Virus record (IMG/VR): IMGVR_UViG_3300017613_001944
Span: 18,212-82,211 of that record
DNA: 64,000 nt
Strand: one strand, 5' to 3'
Source of the DNA: a virus
Every line of letters begins with the position of its first letter. The stretch's first letter is position 1. Positions 30,750 to 41,191 of this stretch are shown here, in pieces. A program made the position numbers and the translations under genes. A model generated the notes under the pieces. It made no database searches. It was given only the letters and a program-made list of their open reading frames with translations, and was not told where the DNA came from.

Positions 30750-31059
30750 TGGATTGAAACCAGATACAGGCAGTCTCCAAGCAGAGTGGATGAGGCGTGT
30801 CTCTAGCGAGTTGGCAGAGATGAACGTCAATAGCAAGAATGAGGCGGAGAAACTCCACGAGCTCGACAAAGACATCATTCGCCTCCAGGTTAAAACAGGC
30901 ACCCTAAATGAGACTGTCAGTAAAATCACTGTACTCGAGGAGAGAATTGCCGCACTGGAAAGTGGGCAAGCCGCTCTCAACGTCAAAGCTGGTGTGTTCG
31001 GGGGCCTAGCAGGCTTGATATCGGTTGCTATAGCGTTGGCTGCTGGGTTGTTAAAGTAA
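30742..31059 (+). CDS. Coiled-coil protein with C-terminal transmembrane helix (lysis-module type)
   Basis: Heptad region followed by a hydrophobic tail. Confidence 0.55.
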   Translation: MPSGLKPDTGSLQAEWMRRVSSELAEMNVNSKNEAEKLHELDKDIIRLQVKTGTLNETVSKITVLEERIAALESGQAALNVKAGVFGGLAGLISVAIALAAGLLK

Positions 31060-31078
31060 CTCTCAAAGGAAAACACTA

Positions 31079-31924
31079 TTGACTGTCATACTTGCTGTAA
31101 ATGCGGATAAGCACAGTGGATCAAGGCTGGGCTTATGTCCTCCGTACTTTGAGTTCACTGATGGGGGGATGTATAGGGCCAACAAGGGACAATTGTGGGC
31201 CTGGGAGAGGTGGCTAGGCTACTGGGATTACGTGGCTGCTCTCAAAGAATCTCTGCTGGCAGTTGATCCAAGTACAGAGGTGTGGTCTATTGACAATGGT
31301 GATGCTCAGGAGAGGGGAAAGCATGCCTCTCATCAGTATATCACCTCAAATAAGACAGATGTTGAGCGGTTGGCTGTGAGGGTAAATGAGCCAACCGCTC
31401 CTGTTGTGGATAAGTACTGGTTTTCCCGTGGAACAGGCGCTCACGATGGTAAGAGTGGCTGGATGGCGGAGTGGCTAGCCGAGGACTTGGGCGGAGAACG
31501 CCCCGACGATAAGGCTTGGTCGTGGTGGTACATCCCTATGGAGATAGAGGGGATACTGATAGACTTCTACCATCGCCCTCCGACCAGCGGAAGAATGCCC
31601 TGGACGGAGAATGCTGCTGCATCCAGGGCTTCAGCCATTATCAGGACACGCTGTGTAGAGATAGGAGATCCTGTGCCGGATCTGTGTGTCTTCAGCCACT
31701 TTCACTACTACGCTGACAGTGGTAGGGCCAAATATCCACGGGTTCTCTACACTCCTAGCTGGGCGCTGCCCTCTGACTGGATTCACGATATTGGAAAGGG
31801 CGTTTACCCACCAAGAATTGGTGGGCTTATTTTTGTTATCACGGAAGGAACATACAAGCTAGATGATAGCCAGTTGTTCCGACCCAAGAGGACACCAAGA
31901 TGGAGTTTACAGAGCAGGAACTAG
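31079..31924 (+). CDS. Calcineurin-like metallophosphoesterase
   Basis: ADKH, NGD, GTGAHD, SHFH metal-binding motifs. Confidence 0.7.
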   Translation: MTVILAVNADKHSGSRLGLCPPYFEFTDGGMYRANKGQLWAWERWLGYWDYVAALKESLLAVDPSTEVWSIDNGDAQERGKHASHQYITSNKTDVERLAVRVNEPTAPVVDKYWFSRGTGAHDGKSGWMAEWLAEDLGGERPDDKAWSWWYIPMEIEGILIDFYHRPPTSGRMPWTENAAASRASAIIRTRCVEIGDPVPDLCVFSHFHYYADSGRAKYPRVLYTPSWALPSDWIHDIGKGVYPPRIGGLIFVITEGTYKLDDSQLFRPKRTPRWSLQSRN

Positions 31925-32154
31925 CTGATCTGGTAGCCGCCATAAAGGAGGAGTACCCCGAAGGATTTACATCTCGGGAGTACTGCACTGCTCGTGGGTG
32001 GGATTACGACATTAGCTACCGTGCCGCTAAAGCAAGAACAGAGCTACGAAAGCTCTGTTCTAAGGGAAAGATAGAAGCGGTGCATGTTACTCGTGAGGAT
32101 ATTCATGGGCGAGAGTATCCAGCCCTTGGTTTTCGGATTCTAGGTCCTTTCTAA
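31900..32154 (+). CDS. Small winged-helix-like protein
   Basis: GFTSREY...ARTELRKL..GKIE. Confidence 0.5.
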   Translation: MEFTEQELADLVAAIKEEYPEGFTSREYCTARGWDYDISYRAAKARTELRKLCSKGKIEAVHVTREDIHGREYPALGFRILGPF

Positions 32155-33127
32155 TCAGGTTTATCTTTTCGGGGTGTTCCTCTATATGATTCATCACACC
32201 CCCCTCACTCTCCCATCCCTTTAAATGGAAACCAATCTCTTCGTCGGGACGCCAATCGTACCACGCCCCCCTCTGCTCTATGACTGTGCCCTTGGCGGTT
32301 TCCATCACGTCAAAGTTTACGTCTAGTCCCCTGTCAAACTTGATTCTATAATTGGCCTGTAGGTATGGGGGTCCTGCTTGGTTCTTCTGGAAGTAGGCTC
32401 TGGCGTCAATGCCAATGGTGTTTTTGCCCCTCTTTACTCTACCCACCTGCTGTAGTTTCATTATCATGATGTTATCCTGCATGACGACCCTTCCGCCGGG
32501 GATGGTCTCGGGGTTGGCTCCAGGCATCGACGCAAACTTATAGCGCATCTGATTGGTCATTAGGAACACGCAGTTACTAGCTCCCAGTATGGACTTCAGC
32601 GCCTTCATGTTGGGGCTCAGGAGCTTGGAAAGGTGGGCAGGAAAGTTGTCACCGGCTGAGTTAGCATCAAGCACATTGGCGGGGACCAGGTGATAGATGC
32701 TATCCAGTATCACTGCATCCACTACGGGGACCATTCCCCTGATGACATCCAGGGCCTGGGGGCCTGTCTCTGGTTGAGCGATATAAAGCTCATCGGGGTT
32801 CACATCGTACTGAGAGATGCAGGTACGTATCCAGTCCTCTGATCCCTTCTTCTCCATATCCACAAATAGGGGTGTCCCTCCGCCACGGATAACACTGGCG
32901 GCGAAGCATTGGGCCAGTGTGGTCTTACCGCCATTCTCTTTGCCCCAGTACATGACTGAATGTTTTCGCGGAAACCCCCCTATTCCCGTCGCCTGGTCAA
33001 TAGCCATACATCCCGATGAGATCACATCGAACTTCATGGGCTTGTCTTTTAGCTTGAGGATAATGTCACCCCCAAACTTTTTACGGAGTGTCTTTAGCTG
33101 GGCCTTTACCTTGCTTTGATCCGCCAT
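32087..33127 (-). CDS. recA: RecA-family recombinase
   Basis: ISSG..IDQATGIGGFP, Walker A GKENGGKTT, ILDSI, TNQMR, PGG. Confidence 0.9.
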   Translation of the reverse strand: MADQSKVKAQLKTLRKKFGGDIILKLKDKPMKFDVISSGCMAIDQATGIGGFPRKHSVMYWGKENGGKTTLAQCFAASVIRGGGTPLFVDMEKKGSEDWIRTCISQYDVNPDELYIAQPETGPQALDVIRGMVPVVDAVILDSIYHLVPANVLDANSAGDNFPAHLSKLLSPNMKALKSILGASNCVFLMTNQMRYKFASMPGANPETIPGGRVVMQDNIMIMKLQQVGRVKRGKNTIGIDARAYFQKNQAGPPYLQANYRIKFDRGLDVNFDVMETAKGTVIEQRGAWYDWRPDEEIGFHLKGWESEGGVMNHIEEHPEKINLIRKDLESENQGLDTLAHEYPHE

Positions 33128-33878
33128 CTTCTTCCTTTCCGCATACCAGATCAGCGATTGTGCTGTCAGGCCATCCCGTGTCTGAGGTGATGTCGATTAA
33201 CATTGACTCTGGGTCCCCCAGACTTTTCAATAGGTTGTGTCTATCCTTCGCCAGATAGCGTATGTTCCCTCTGGTTAGAGGTTGCTTTACTACATAGCGC
33301 TTTGCCTTTTCCTCCGCAATGACGTGTAGAGTGAGAGAGAACCATCCTGGTAGCTCATCCCTTAAAGCACCCTTCACTGCCAGCATAGCATCCTTCACTC
33401 TGGCGTCATCGTCTCCCCTCACCTTTACGTGCCCCACCACGACTACTGTGATAGGCAGTCCCGACCACTCGAGAACGATAGGGTACATGGTGTTTAGCAG
33501 CGTACCCCAGTCTCGCATCTGCATGGTGGTCTTGGTGCCCAGGATCTTAGTCTCGGCGGCACGCTGTATTTGATCTATGGGGTCAATAACCAGTGTTCTC
33601 ACAGGTCCAGTCTCTAGCTGGTAGGCCCCATTCTCAAACTTGCTGCTCTTGAGCCTCTTGATAGCAGCGATGGTGTCCTGGACGGTGTTGGACGATAGTG
33701 GTAACACGATTCGCGGGGTTGGTACTGGTCTGGCAGTGGTAGCGCCGTCACTCTCAATGTCGATGAACAGTGGATCGGGGAATGTACCGGCAAGACGCGT
33801 CTTGCCTGTACCCGGTTCTCCTAAGATGAGCACTCTCGCAGGGTCTCGCTCTCCCGATTCAGTTAATACGATCTTCAT
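33081..33878 (-). CDS. AAA_24/Sak4-like ATPase
   Basis: GEPGTGKT, LFIDIE, TLVIDP, DWG. Confidence 0.8.
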   Translation of the reverse strand: MKIVLTESGERDPARVLILGEPGTGKTRLAGTFPDPLFIDIESDGATTARPVPTPRIVLPLSSNTVQDTIAAIKRLKSSKFENGAYQLETGPVRTLVIDPIDQIQRAAETKILGTKTTMQMRDWGTLLNTMYPIVLEWSGLPITVVVVGHVKVRGDDDARVKDAMLAVKGALRDELPGWFSLTLHVIAEEKAKRYVVKQPLTRGNIRYLAKDRHNLLKSLGDPESMLIDITSDTGWPDSTIADLVCGKEEDGGSKQGKGPAKDTP

Positions 33879-33881
33879 TTA

Positions 33882-33931
33882 ACACCTCCCATACTTTTGT
33901 ACAGTATAGCATGGGGTATGGGAGGTGTCAA
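33882..33931 (-). promoter_or_regulatory. Sigma70 promoter with TGTACA box and a 13-bp inverted repeat
   Basis: TTGACA(33931-33926)-17nt-TATACT(33908-33903); IR ACACCTCCCATAC/GTATGGGAGGTGT. Confidence 0.8.
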
Positions 33932-34109
33932 GTTTATGTTCCAAACACTGCCATGATTATGATGAACACCAACAGTGCAGCAACCGCCGATCCCACCATG
34001 GCCTTGAGAAAGTCTCCCTTGGCAAGGTAGTACGGCGCTCCCCTGGGGTATTCGTCACGCCAGCAGTCCCCAGCATAATCATAATCTACATCATCGTAAC
34101 CATTGTCAC

Positions 34110-34310
34110 TCATTTTGCCTCCTCCATTGCAGTATTCAGCTTTGCTTGTAGCTCTCGTGCTTCTCCGAATGCTTGTTGCATTATCTCTAGTGTGTATTCA
34201 GACTGGATGTCGAGCTCTTGCTTGGCCCCGTACATCTCACGAAACCATCTTGCCCAGAACAAAAGATACAAGCCAATCACGACAAGCGAAAACACTACCT
34301 TCAGCACCAT
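34110..34310 (-). CDS. Small membrane protein
   Basis: N-terminal TM helix. Confidence 0.5.
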   Translation of the reverse strand: MVLKVVFSLVVIGLYLLFWARWFREMYGAKQELDIQSEYTLEIMQQAFGEARELQAKLNTAMEEAK

Positions 34311-34311
34311 T

Positions 34312-34968
34312 TCACAATCCCATCAGGTACTCTAGCCAGTACCCTTCATCTAGTAAGAACCTCACTCTACCTGTGTCTATCCCTGCCCATGTCTTGGGGA
34401 CAGAGCCTTTTGCCCACTTGGGCCTACTCCCCTGCCAGCGGGTCACGATCAATGCACGGATGTCTCTAGCTCGAGATGTCCCTGGTTGATCTATCCACTC
34501 TTCATCAGGCGGGAGGGTAGCGCCATGCAGGTGTGCACCCAGTTCAAGATATTTGAATGAAGTACTCATGCGTGTATGCTTTGGATCGAGTAACAACCCT
34601 TTTGGTACATGTAGCATCATCTCTTCCCAAAGACTCTTGTACCACCTACCAACTCTGCTGGCAGTTATTCTTTGGGCGACCATGAATAAACACTTCTGTT
34701 TCGTCCCCCTGGTTTGTCCTTCTTGCATGTGGCAAGTCGCACATACAGGGCAGCAGTTTTCTGGAACGAAGATGAGATGCTGTTTTCCCTTCGGGACTGC
34801 ACTCCTCTTGACAAGGTATTCGTGGAGGTGCCACTCCCCGGCGCGAACGCCACAGATGGGACAGTCAACACCTGACCCCTTTCCAGTATCCCACCTGCTA
34901 TAGAGGTGTTGTACCTCTTGCTTTAATGCGTTTCTTCTATCGGCAACATCCATATCGTTCTTCCACAC
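34312..34968 (-). CDS. HNH-like endonuclease
   Basis: CPICG..HLHE..ENCCPVCATCH. Confidence 0.6.
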   Translation of the reverse strand: MWKNDMDVADRRNALKQEVQHLYSRWDTGKGSGVDCPICGVRAGEWHLHEYLVKRSAVPKGKQHLIFVPENCCPVCATCHMQEGQTRGTKQKCLFMVAQRITASRVGRWYKSLWEEMMLHVPKGLLLDPKHTRMSTSFKYLELGAHLHGATLPPDEEWIDQPGTSRARDIRALIVTRWQGSRPKWAKGSVPKTWAGIDTGRVRFLLDEGYWLEYLMGL

Positions 34969-35168
34969 TCTGGGCAGAGATCAACTGCTAGAAAACCAAG
35001 CAAGTTAATCCCCACTCCAGAGTTCCTATCTCCACAGGTACAGAATCCATAGAATAGCTGTAGGTTGAGATCCTGTGCTTCTTCCTTCGCCGTTGCGAGT
35101 GCCTCATCAAAGACACTCTTCGGCATTACAGGTAACTCAACTGGGTCCCGAACGTCTCTGTCAGCCAA
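34923..35168 (-). CDS. Small zinc-finger protein
   Basis: CTCG..CPECG. Confidence 0.5.
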   Translation of the reverse strand: MADRDVRDPVELPVMPKSVFDEALATAKEEAQDLNLQLFYGFCTCGDRNSGVGINLLGFLAVDLCPECGRTIWMLPIEETH

Positions 35169-35464
35169 GATTCAAGCTCCTTTCCATTTTCCTTCGCCCA
35201 CTTCTCAAGATAGTGTAGCTCGGAATCGGTGAGTTGATTGTAGCTCTGGAGGCTCTCTTTATTTAGAGCGTCCTTTGCTAGCTTGATCCTAGCATACCGG
35301 AATCCGCCGCCAAATTCAAGGGGTGGGGAGAGTCTAGCCGCAGCCCTCTCTAAGGCATCGTCTATGCTGCCCACACGCCAGCCTCTCCCTCCCTTGGTGA
35401 GTTCGTAACCTAACTCCTTCTTGGCGTCTCTACGAATCAGTCTTGCTCTTTGATCGAGCTCCAT
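35126..35464 (-). CDS. Hypothetical protein
   Basis: ORF in the operon with an RBS. Confidence 0.5.
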   Translation of the reverse strand: MELDQRARLIRRDAKKELGYELTKGGRGWRVGSIDDALERAAARLSPPLEFGGGFRYARIKLAKDALNKESLQSYNQLTDSELHYLEKWAKENGKELESWLTETFGTQLSYL

Positions 35465-35753
35465 CCTTCTCCTTTGCTGGCGGGTAGCGCCACGTCTCTA
35501 TAGCACCTCCGCAACTTGGGCAATCGTGCCCTTCCTCCAGCCCACCACGCCCAACCGTGCTATTCATCATGCCCATGCACCATGGGCAGATGGGAGGGGA
35601 CAGTAGCTTGATTACGTCTTGGTCTAGCATAACCTCTACTGCTGGTATCCCCTCGGGGAGTAGCTGCCTACCCTCTATCGCTCTGATGGTGATCCCTGCA
35701 TTCTGTATCGCTTCATAGTCTTCCAGGCTCATACGAAATTCTATTATCTGCAT
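35430..35753 (-). CDS. Zinc-finger protein
   Basis: CPWC..CPSC. Confidence 0.5.
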   Translation of the reverse strand: MQIIEFRMSLEDYEAIQNAGITIRAIEGRQLLPEGIPAVEVMLDQDVIKLLSPPICPWCMGMMNSTVGRGGLEEGHDCPSCGGAIETWRYPPAKEKDGARSKSKTDS

Positions 35754-35762
35754 ATCATTCTC

Positions 35763-36578
35763 CTAGTAATCTTCTCCTTCTATGAATGGACCTTCGCCCA
35801 GTTGAGGCCAGCATTTATGGAACCATTGGCAAGCAACTGCCTTTCCCTTCAGGGCCTTCACGTTCTTTGTGCAAGCAAAGTTTTCTGTAAATGGGCTATC
35901 GTATGTGGGCGGCAGCTCTGTCTCCCCCCAATGCTCTTCGTAGAGGGACATCTCTGCTGGCAGTGTTGTGTCCAGTGACCCTGATCTTATCCTTCGGTTA
36001 ACCTGCCCCTCATACCCGATACCGTCATCAGTCTCGAACACTTCAAACTGGGCGAAGTTGTTCCAGCAGCGATAGTATAGGACCACCGGCAGCATCCCGC
36101 CATGGGTCTCGTAGTACAGCTTCTGGTAGGCCAGCGCAGATAGAACGTGGTGCTTGTAGGGTAATCTCTTGGCGTGGAAATTCCAGGGGGCAGTACCCTT
36201 GTGCTCGATGATGACACCACTGGGGAAGTCTTCGCAGGTCTCGACCACGAAGTCAATTCTCCCCGACCAGATGTCATTCCTCACACTTACCTGCTCGTGC
36301 AGATTGTCTTTGAAGATCCAGCGGAAGGTCTCTTGACTGTTGAGCTCGAGCTCGGTGCCCATACGCATCACCTCGATGACGTAATCATCGAACGGATTGG
36401 TCACCTTGTTACCCGTCCTTACCCTGAAAGCGTCCAGGTATGCCTTCCTCACGCACATCCCTAGACTGGATACGAATAGCCGGGGGTCAGTGCCGTCGTG
36501 CTCAATCTCCCATGCCTCGTCCCTCAGTCTTGACGCATCCTTGTACTCCTTTACCATCAAGTCATGTAATTGAATCAT
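35763..36578 (-). CDS. Cas4-like PD-(D/E)xK exonuclease
   Basis: SSLGMCVRK, SGRIDF, IIEHK, C-terminal Cys cluster. Confidence 0.75.
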   Translation of the reverse strand: MIQLHDLMVKEYKDASRLRDEAWEIEHDGTDPRLFVSSLGMCVRKAYLDAFRVRTGNKVTNPFDDYVIEVMRMGTELELNSQETFRWIFKDNLHEQVSVRNDIWSGRIDFVVETCEDFPSGVIIEHKGTAPWNFHAKRLPYKHHVLSALAYQKLYYETHGGMLPVVLYYRCWNNFAQFEVFETDDGIGYEGQVNRRIRSGSLDTTLPAEMSLYEEHWGETELPPTYDSPFTENFACTKNVKALKGKAVACQWFHKCWPQLGEGPFIEGEDY

Positions 36579-36824
36579 TTACTCCTCCATCTTGTTTAGC
36601 AGATATACTCCGTATGTGTCTCGTGGAACCCAGATACCCTCCTCAACCTCCACGAAGCACCCGTTGATGAGCCTGAACTTGACATTAAGATCAATATCGC
36701 CCTCCAGAGCCCTGCATGCAACGTAGTTTCCCGTCTTCTCAATTGTTATCCCCAGTGCGATCAGTGCTACTAAGAAGAGAGCCACTATTAGCACTGCACA
36801 TGTTACAGAGTACGACTCACTCAT
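36579..36824 (-). CDS. Small membrane protein
   Basis: GGAGG RBS, TM helix. Confidence 0.5.
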   Translation of the reverse strand: MSESYSVTCAVLIVALFLVALIALGITIEKTGNYVACRALEGDIDLNVKFRLINGCFVEVEEGIWVPRDTYGVYLLNKMEE

Positions 36825-37159
36825 CTTCCCTCCTTTAGCCAGTATATCATCAGCAGGACAATTAGTATAATGTCCAGCCCACACAGAAACATCGCCATAA
36901 CTCTATCTCTTTTCATGGTGGAGGAAACAGTATCAGCAGACTAATCACAATAATAGTCAAAAGCAATGCTGCGACGATGTACTTTTCCATTGTTTTATTC
37001 ATCATTCCTCCTTATACCAGACTAGCTCTTATCGCCCATAGGATTACGAATGCAACTAACCCAACACCTATAGACAGATCCAGTGGTACCCCGAGATTGT
37101 ATGCAATTGCCCCTGCCAAAAGTGCCCCTGCTCCCATGCCAATAGCATCTTCTACAAAC

Positions 37160-37957
37160 TCACGTAGCATCTGGTAATCCCTCCTGACTGAGTGCCTCCC
37201 CGTCTGTTGTCACAATCTCTACTAGTGGACTTGCCTTCCTGAACTCGAAATCTCTTGTGTCCAGCGAAGAGGTTTCTATGATCCCTCCAGTAGCCTTCTG
37301 CCACTTCTTGTATACTCTGGAGTTGGTTGGCCCATGGTGTGGCGTACTTAGCCCATATTGACAGCTCATTTGCGGCATAATCATCACGCCTCCGCGTTCT
37401 GCAATACGGATGGAGATCTCTGCCACCATCAGGTCTGCCTTGCCTTGATATGACAGCCAGTCTGTAAGATCCTTGTTAATCCCTGGCGGATTGCCAAATG
37501 GTGGATTACTCACTGCAACATCGAATGGTCCATAGGCTTGCTTTAAATGCTGAAGCAGCGGGAGATCAAACACGTCTCCTTCCACCCACATTACGTCTGG
37601 GAACAGTCGCTTGCCCACCTTTACAAACTCTGGGTTGATCTCAATGGCTGCTACTTCATCGTAGTCCTTTCTCCAGGGATCTGAATGGTACAGCCCATAG
37701 ATCAGAGATCCTATCCCCGCGCAGAGATCAATCACCCTGGCGACATCATGGTTGATCTCGAGTTGCATCATTGCCAGACTCATCTCTACCGGCGTGAAGA
37801 ATGATGCACCTATTGTTTGAATGTTCTTGGCGTCGGGATACCAATGGCGGAGGACAAACTCAATCTCCTCATCCTTCAATATCCTACCATTGGTATCCCA
37901 CAGGATAGCCTCAGCCTCCTGAAATAGCTTGGCCTCCTGTTTAGTCAGCTTTGCCAT
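37160..37957 (-). CDS. Amino (probably N6-adenine) DNA methyltransferase
   Basis: FFTP, DLCAGIG (SAM binding), NPPF catalytic motif. Confidence 0.8.
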   Translation of the reverse strand: MAKLTKQEAKLFQEAEAILWDTNGRILKDEEIEFVLRHWYPDAKNIQTIGASFFTPVEMSLAMMQLEINHDVARVIDLCAGIGSLIYGLYHSDPWRKDYDEVAAIEINPEFVKVGKRLFPDVMWVEGDVFDLPLLQHLKQAYGPFDVAVSNPPFGNPPGINKDLTDWLSYQGKADLMVAEISIRIAERGGVMIMPQMSCQYGLSTPHHGPTNSRVYKKWQKATGGIIETSSLDTRDFEFRKASPLVEIVTTDGEALSQEGLPDAT

Positions 37958-38979
37958 TACCGTTGTTGACTCCTCGTCACCAGTACTGCCCCTGCCATCA
38001 ACTGCATATCAGCCGCCTCGGTGGGGTCATCCATCCTGTTGGCAGCGTGACTAATACCCTGCACCACACCAAACAGAGACTCGTGACCCTCACTGCCGAT
38101 CAGAATCTCGTCACGGGTCTCAGTCGTGAAGCTGTATTCCTCTGCTAGACTGTCGATGTAATCAGCAAAGTCAGGAATCTCCTGCTCTTCAGCCCTTAAT
38201 AGAAGATCCAATCCTTCGGCAGCGCCCTTCAGCACTTCAAAGATAGCCCCCATAAAGAGGCTACGAAGTACTGCCCTACTACCAGTGTGGTTGTGCTCCC
38301 AGCTAAACTCATCTTTGGGGATCACGATGGAGTTGGTGCAACTGTGCCTCTGGATCAGTGGATATGCGCCAATGCGCCGGTTACCGATCTCCCCGGTGGT
38401 GAAGTACCCACCAACAGCATAGCCTCCATCATTGACATCCTTGAACAGCACCCGCAGGTGCAAGATGTCTGGTGTGACAATGGGGTTATGGATCACTGGT
38501 GTCAAGCCATTACCCTTGGAATCGAGAGCTTGCTTCACCCAGCCAAGTGTCTCCGTTACGTCAACGACGGAGAACCTATTGGACAGTACAGCCCTACAGG
38601 TGCTGCCATCGTCATAACCCCTGACAAACCACTCCTTAGCCGTACCGTTCTGATTGTCGGGTAGTCTCTTGACCCAGTGGTTGAGTTGTCGTGCCCTCAT
38701 GCTGGAGGGGCACTGAAGTAGATACTCTCCCGGCAGAGATTTATTCTCCCCAGGCCAACAAGCTACACCCAGCTTCTGACAAATCTGGTTCTTGAATGCC
38801 CAGTCAGTGGGTAGCATTCTGACTTCACTCTCGCCGCTCATGGTGCTCATCAAATCCGGCGGAAGCACTAGCTCTGCGGTGACATCATCAAACTGCACCA
38901 TCTCTCTAGCTGGCACTGGTCCATAGTCCCTTTTCAACTCATCGAACTCGCAACTGGTGTTAATCAATTCATCTAACAT
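37957..38979 (-). CDS. DUF932-like protein
   Basis: RAVLSNRF, GEIG, SCTNS motifs; GGAGG RBS before ATG 38979. Confidence 0.6.
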   Translation of the reverse strand: MLDELINTSCEFDELKRDYGPVPAREMVQFDDVTAELVLPPDLMSTMSGESEVRMLPTDWAFKNQICQKLGVACWPGENKSLPGEYLLQCPSSMRARQLNHWVKRLPDNQNGTAKEWFVRGYDDGSTCRAVLSNRFSVVDVTETLGWVKQALDSKGNGLTPVIHNPIVTPDILHLRVLFKDVNDGGYAVGGYFTTGEIGNRRIGAYPLIQRHSCTNSIVIPKDEFSWEHNHTGSRAVLRSLFMGAIFEVLKGAAEGLDLLLRAEEQEIPDFADYIDSLAEEYSFTTETRDEILIGSEGHESLFGVVQGISHAANRMDDPTEAADMQLMAGAVLVTRSQQR

Positions 38980-39382
38980 TCTGCACCTCCTGTAGAAAAT
39001 CTGCAAACTGTTCGGCTTGCTCTTGGGTGAGAGATATAACAGTGTGTTTGTATCCGGGACGTACATCTAATCCCTCTATTGGAATTAGATCTTTTATCTT
39101 GTCGCTTAGTTTCTGCCTTTCTCTTGATCTTTCTCTTGCTTTTTCGTGCTTTTTCTCTCTCTCTTCTACTAGCTCGACTTCCTTATCCCACGTATGCTTT
39201 AGGTTGCGTGCAGGGATATTTCTCTCTGAGAGACTTCTGACATCCTGTACCCTTACACCTGGATATGTGTAATAACCCAGCTTGACACCTTTTTCTATTA
39301 CCATCACTCTGTTTGGCTTCCAGTCGCCTCTCCATTTGCAGTAGGCGTACTCTTTCCCGACCTCTATATCTGTGTATCTCAT
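38969..39382 (-). CDS. Hypothetical protein (SH3-like N-terminus)
   Basis: DIEVGKEYAY start; coupled to its neighbours. Confidence 0.5.
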   Translation of the reverse strand: MRYTDIEVGKEYAYCKWRGDWKPNRVMVIEKGVKLGYYTYPGVRVQDVRSLSERNIPARNLKHTWDKEVELVEEREKKHEKARERSRERQKLSDKIKDLIPIEGLDVRPGYKHTVISLTQEQAEQFADFLQEVQNVR

Positions 39383-39649
39383 TTGGTCTCCCACTTATAC
39401 CAGCCGCACATCTTGCAGCGATACCAACCGTCCCTCCACTCGAATGGCCTAGCACGTTTACATCCCTCACAGTACCAGATAATCATTTATCTTGACTCCA
39501 CTCCGCCGCGACACAGGCTTCGTCAAAGAGCAGTTCCATCTGACAAAAGTCACACATCTCAAGATGTTCTACCCAGCAATCCAGACACATATTGGATCTG
39601 AATGGATTCTCCATTCCCTCTTGCACATGCACACAGGTGTCTTCGCAGT

Positions 39650-40075
39650 TCACTGGCGCTCCTTTATAGCATACTCTTCAGATGTCTCTACTACATATTC
39701 TGCGATGGCACTTCTCATCTTACGCATCGCCTTCCATAATGGGGTTTGATCTGCCGTACCCTCACTGCATTGGTACAGCCAGCTTCTCAGGAATTTGTAT
39801 ATTTGCATGGTTGTGACGTTAAGAGTGAATGCCCACTTGAAGTTGAGCTCCCTGAACTCACTTGCTTGCCCAGGGCCATATCTAGCATCGACGGCTCTGA
39901 CATTCAGGTCAAACATATCATGAGCTAGTCTTGCCTCATCTCCGCTCTCAAGATGGTAACCAATGGGCTCCAGGATGGTTCTATAGCTGCGCTCAAAGTG
40001 AGGATCTCTCTGCTTGAGTATCAGCCAAGACACTACCTCATTGATAACTCTATCGTCCACTACAAAGGCGCTCAT
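39650..40075 (-). CDS. Conserved phage hypothetical protein
   Basis: MSAFVV..LN..AV..RY..YQCSEG pattern. Confidence 0.55.
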   Translation of the reverse strand: MSAFVVDDRVINEVVSWLILKQRDPHFERSYRTILEPIGYHLESGDEARLAHDMFDLNVRAVDARYGPGQASEFRELNFKWAFTLNVTTMQIYKFLRSWLYQCSEGTADQTPLWKAMRKMRSAIAEYVVETSEEYAIKERQ

Positions 40076-40323
40076 TCTTGCCCCGCTATCGTGTTCCAGT
40101 TCTCAAAGAAGTAGTCGTAATAGATACAGCCGTAGTATGCAAATGAGGTTGACATACTACCATCATCCTCCTCATCAGGGCGTGTCTCAAACCGAATGTC
40201 TATAAAGCGGTTGTCCTCCATGTTCTTGACGAACCAAGCCATGTCTTTCAGTAACTCGGCGGGGTCTCCATTCAAAAACTCTACACTCTTTGATCTGCCG
40301 TATCTATACGTTATCTTCGTCAT
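40072..40323 (-). CDS. Hypothetical protein
   Basis: Coupled ORF. Confidence 0.45.
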   Translation of the reverse strand: MTKITYRYGRSKSVEFLNGDPAELLKDMAWFVKNMEDNRFIDIRFETRPDEEDDGSMSTSFAYYGCIYYDYFFENWNTIAGQE

Positions 40324-40481
40324 CTAGCACCTCCATAAACTCAGGCCATAGGTGTACCGAGTACATGCTAACCTTGTCCCACAGCCCCATCCTTGCCTTT
40401 TCTATTGCTACCTCTTTACTGAATGCGGATACGTGAAGGATAAACTCTCGCCGGTACTGTATCAGATATTCTTTTTGCAGC

Positions 40482-40907
40482 TTACTCTTCGACACTCGGG
40501 TTTGTCCTTTCCATTTCGTAGAATGGACCTAGCTTGTTGGGATGCTTTCTAATTGTGAGAAACTTCTTCACATTCTCTCCTGCCCTCCACTCCCAATAGT
40601 GAGACTCTGTCTCACATTTCCAGAAAGGTCCCTGACATCTGAATGGGAATGTCACTTCAATGTCATGTCCACACACTGGGCACGTTTCTGGAATATTCCG
40701 AATGAGAACCTTCCCTTCGACGCGGGTAGCTCTCTTCCCGCCGTCCTTGAGGTAATTCTCAACTGCTTTGATGTGCTTGCACACTGCATACTCTGTCCCG
40801 CCGCAACTGCACTTCTTATCGGTATTGACAGAGTGCATGTGCAGCATGGTACCATCCCACTCTGATGTGAAGTAGTGCCACGTTCTAGGCGTTACGTCTA
40901 TCGTCAT
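40482..40907 (-). CDS. SWIM-like zinc-finger protein
   Basis: CSC...CKHI plus CPVC. Confidence 0.55.
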   Translation of the reverse strand: MTIDVTPRTWHYFTSEWDGTMLHMHSVNTDKKCSCGGTEYAVCKHIKAVENYLKDGGKRATRVEGKVLIRNIPETCPVCGHDIEVTFPFRCQGPFWKCETESHYWEWRAGENVKKFLTIRKHPNKLGPFYEMERTNPSVEE

Positions 40908-41191
40908 GTTTTCTCCCAGCAGTCCCGGTATATGGGATTGTGGCTCACTATTCTTGCCTCTCCATCAAGCCCCTTCTCGATGATCTTACAAGAGAACTTT
41001 GGCATATCTAGGATGCAGGGCCAGGTACCGTAAGAATTGTCATTCTTCCAGGCCAGGTACCTGGCTTGACTGTGGTTTCTGGCTATCACCAACTCCGCTA
41101 TGCAGTATGGCTCATAGTAGAATACGTTACCCTCACGGCATATCCACATCTTATCCTGTAGTTCTTCTGATAGCACGAAGTATAGATTCAC
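40904..41191 (-). CDS. Hypothetical protein
   Basis: Coupled ORF. Confidence 0.45.
   Translation of the reverse strand: MNLYFVLSEELQDKMWICREGNVFYYEPYCIAELVIARNHSQARYLAWKNDNSYGTWPCILDMPKFSCKIIEKGLDGEARIVSHNPIYRDCWEKT

Noticed and set aside
35763-36578. Cas4-like gene as part of a CRISPR system
   Set aside because: It lies in the recombination module 20 kb from the array; solo Cas4-like exonucleases are common in phages.
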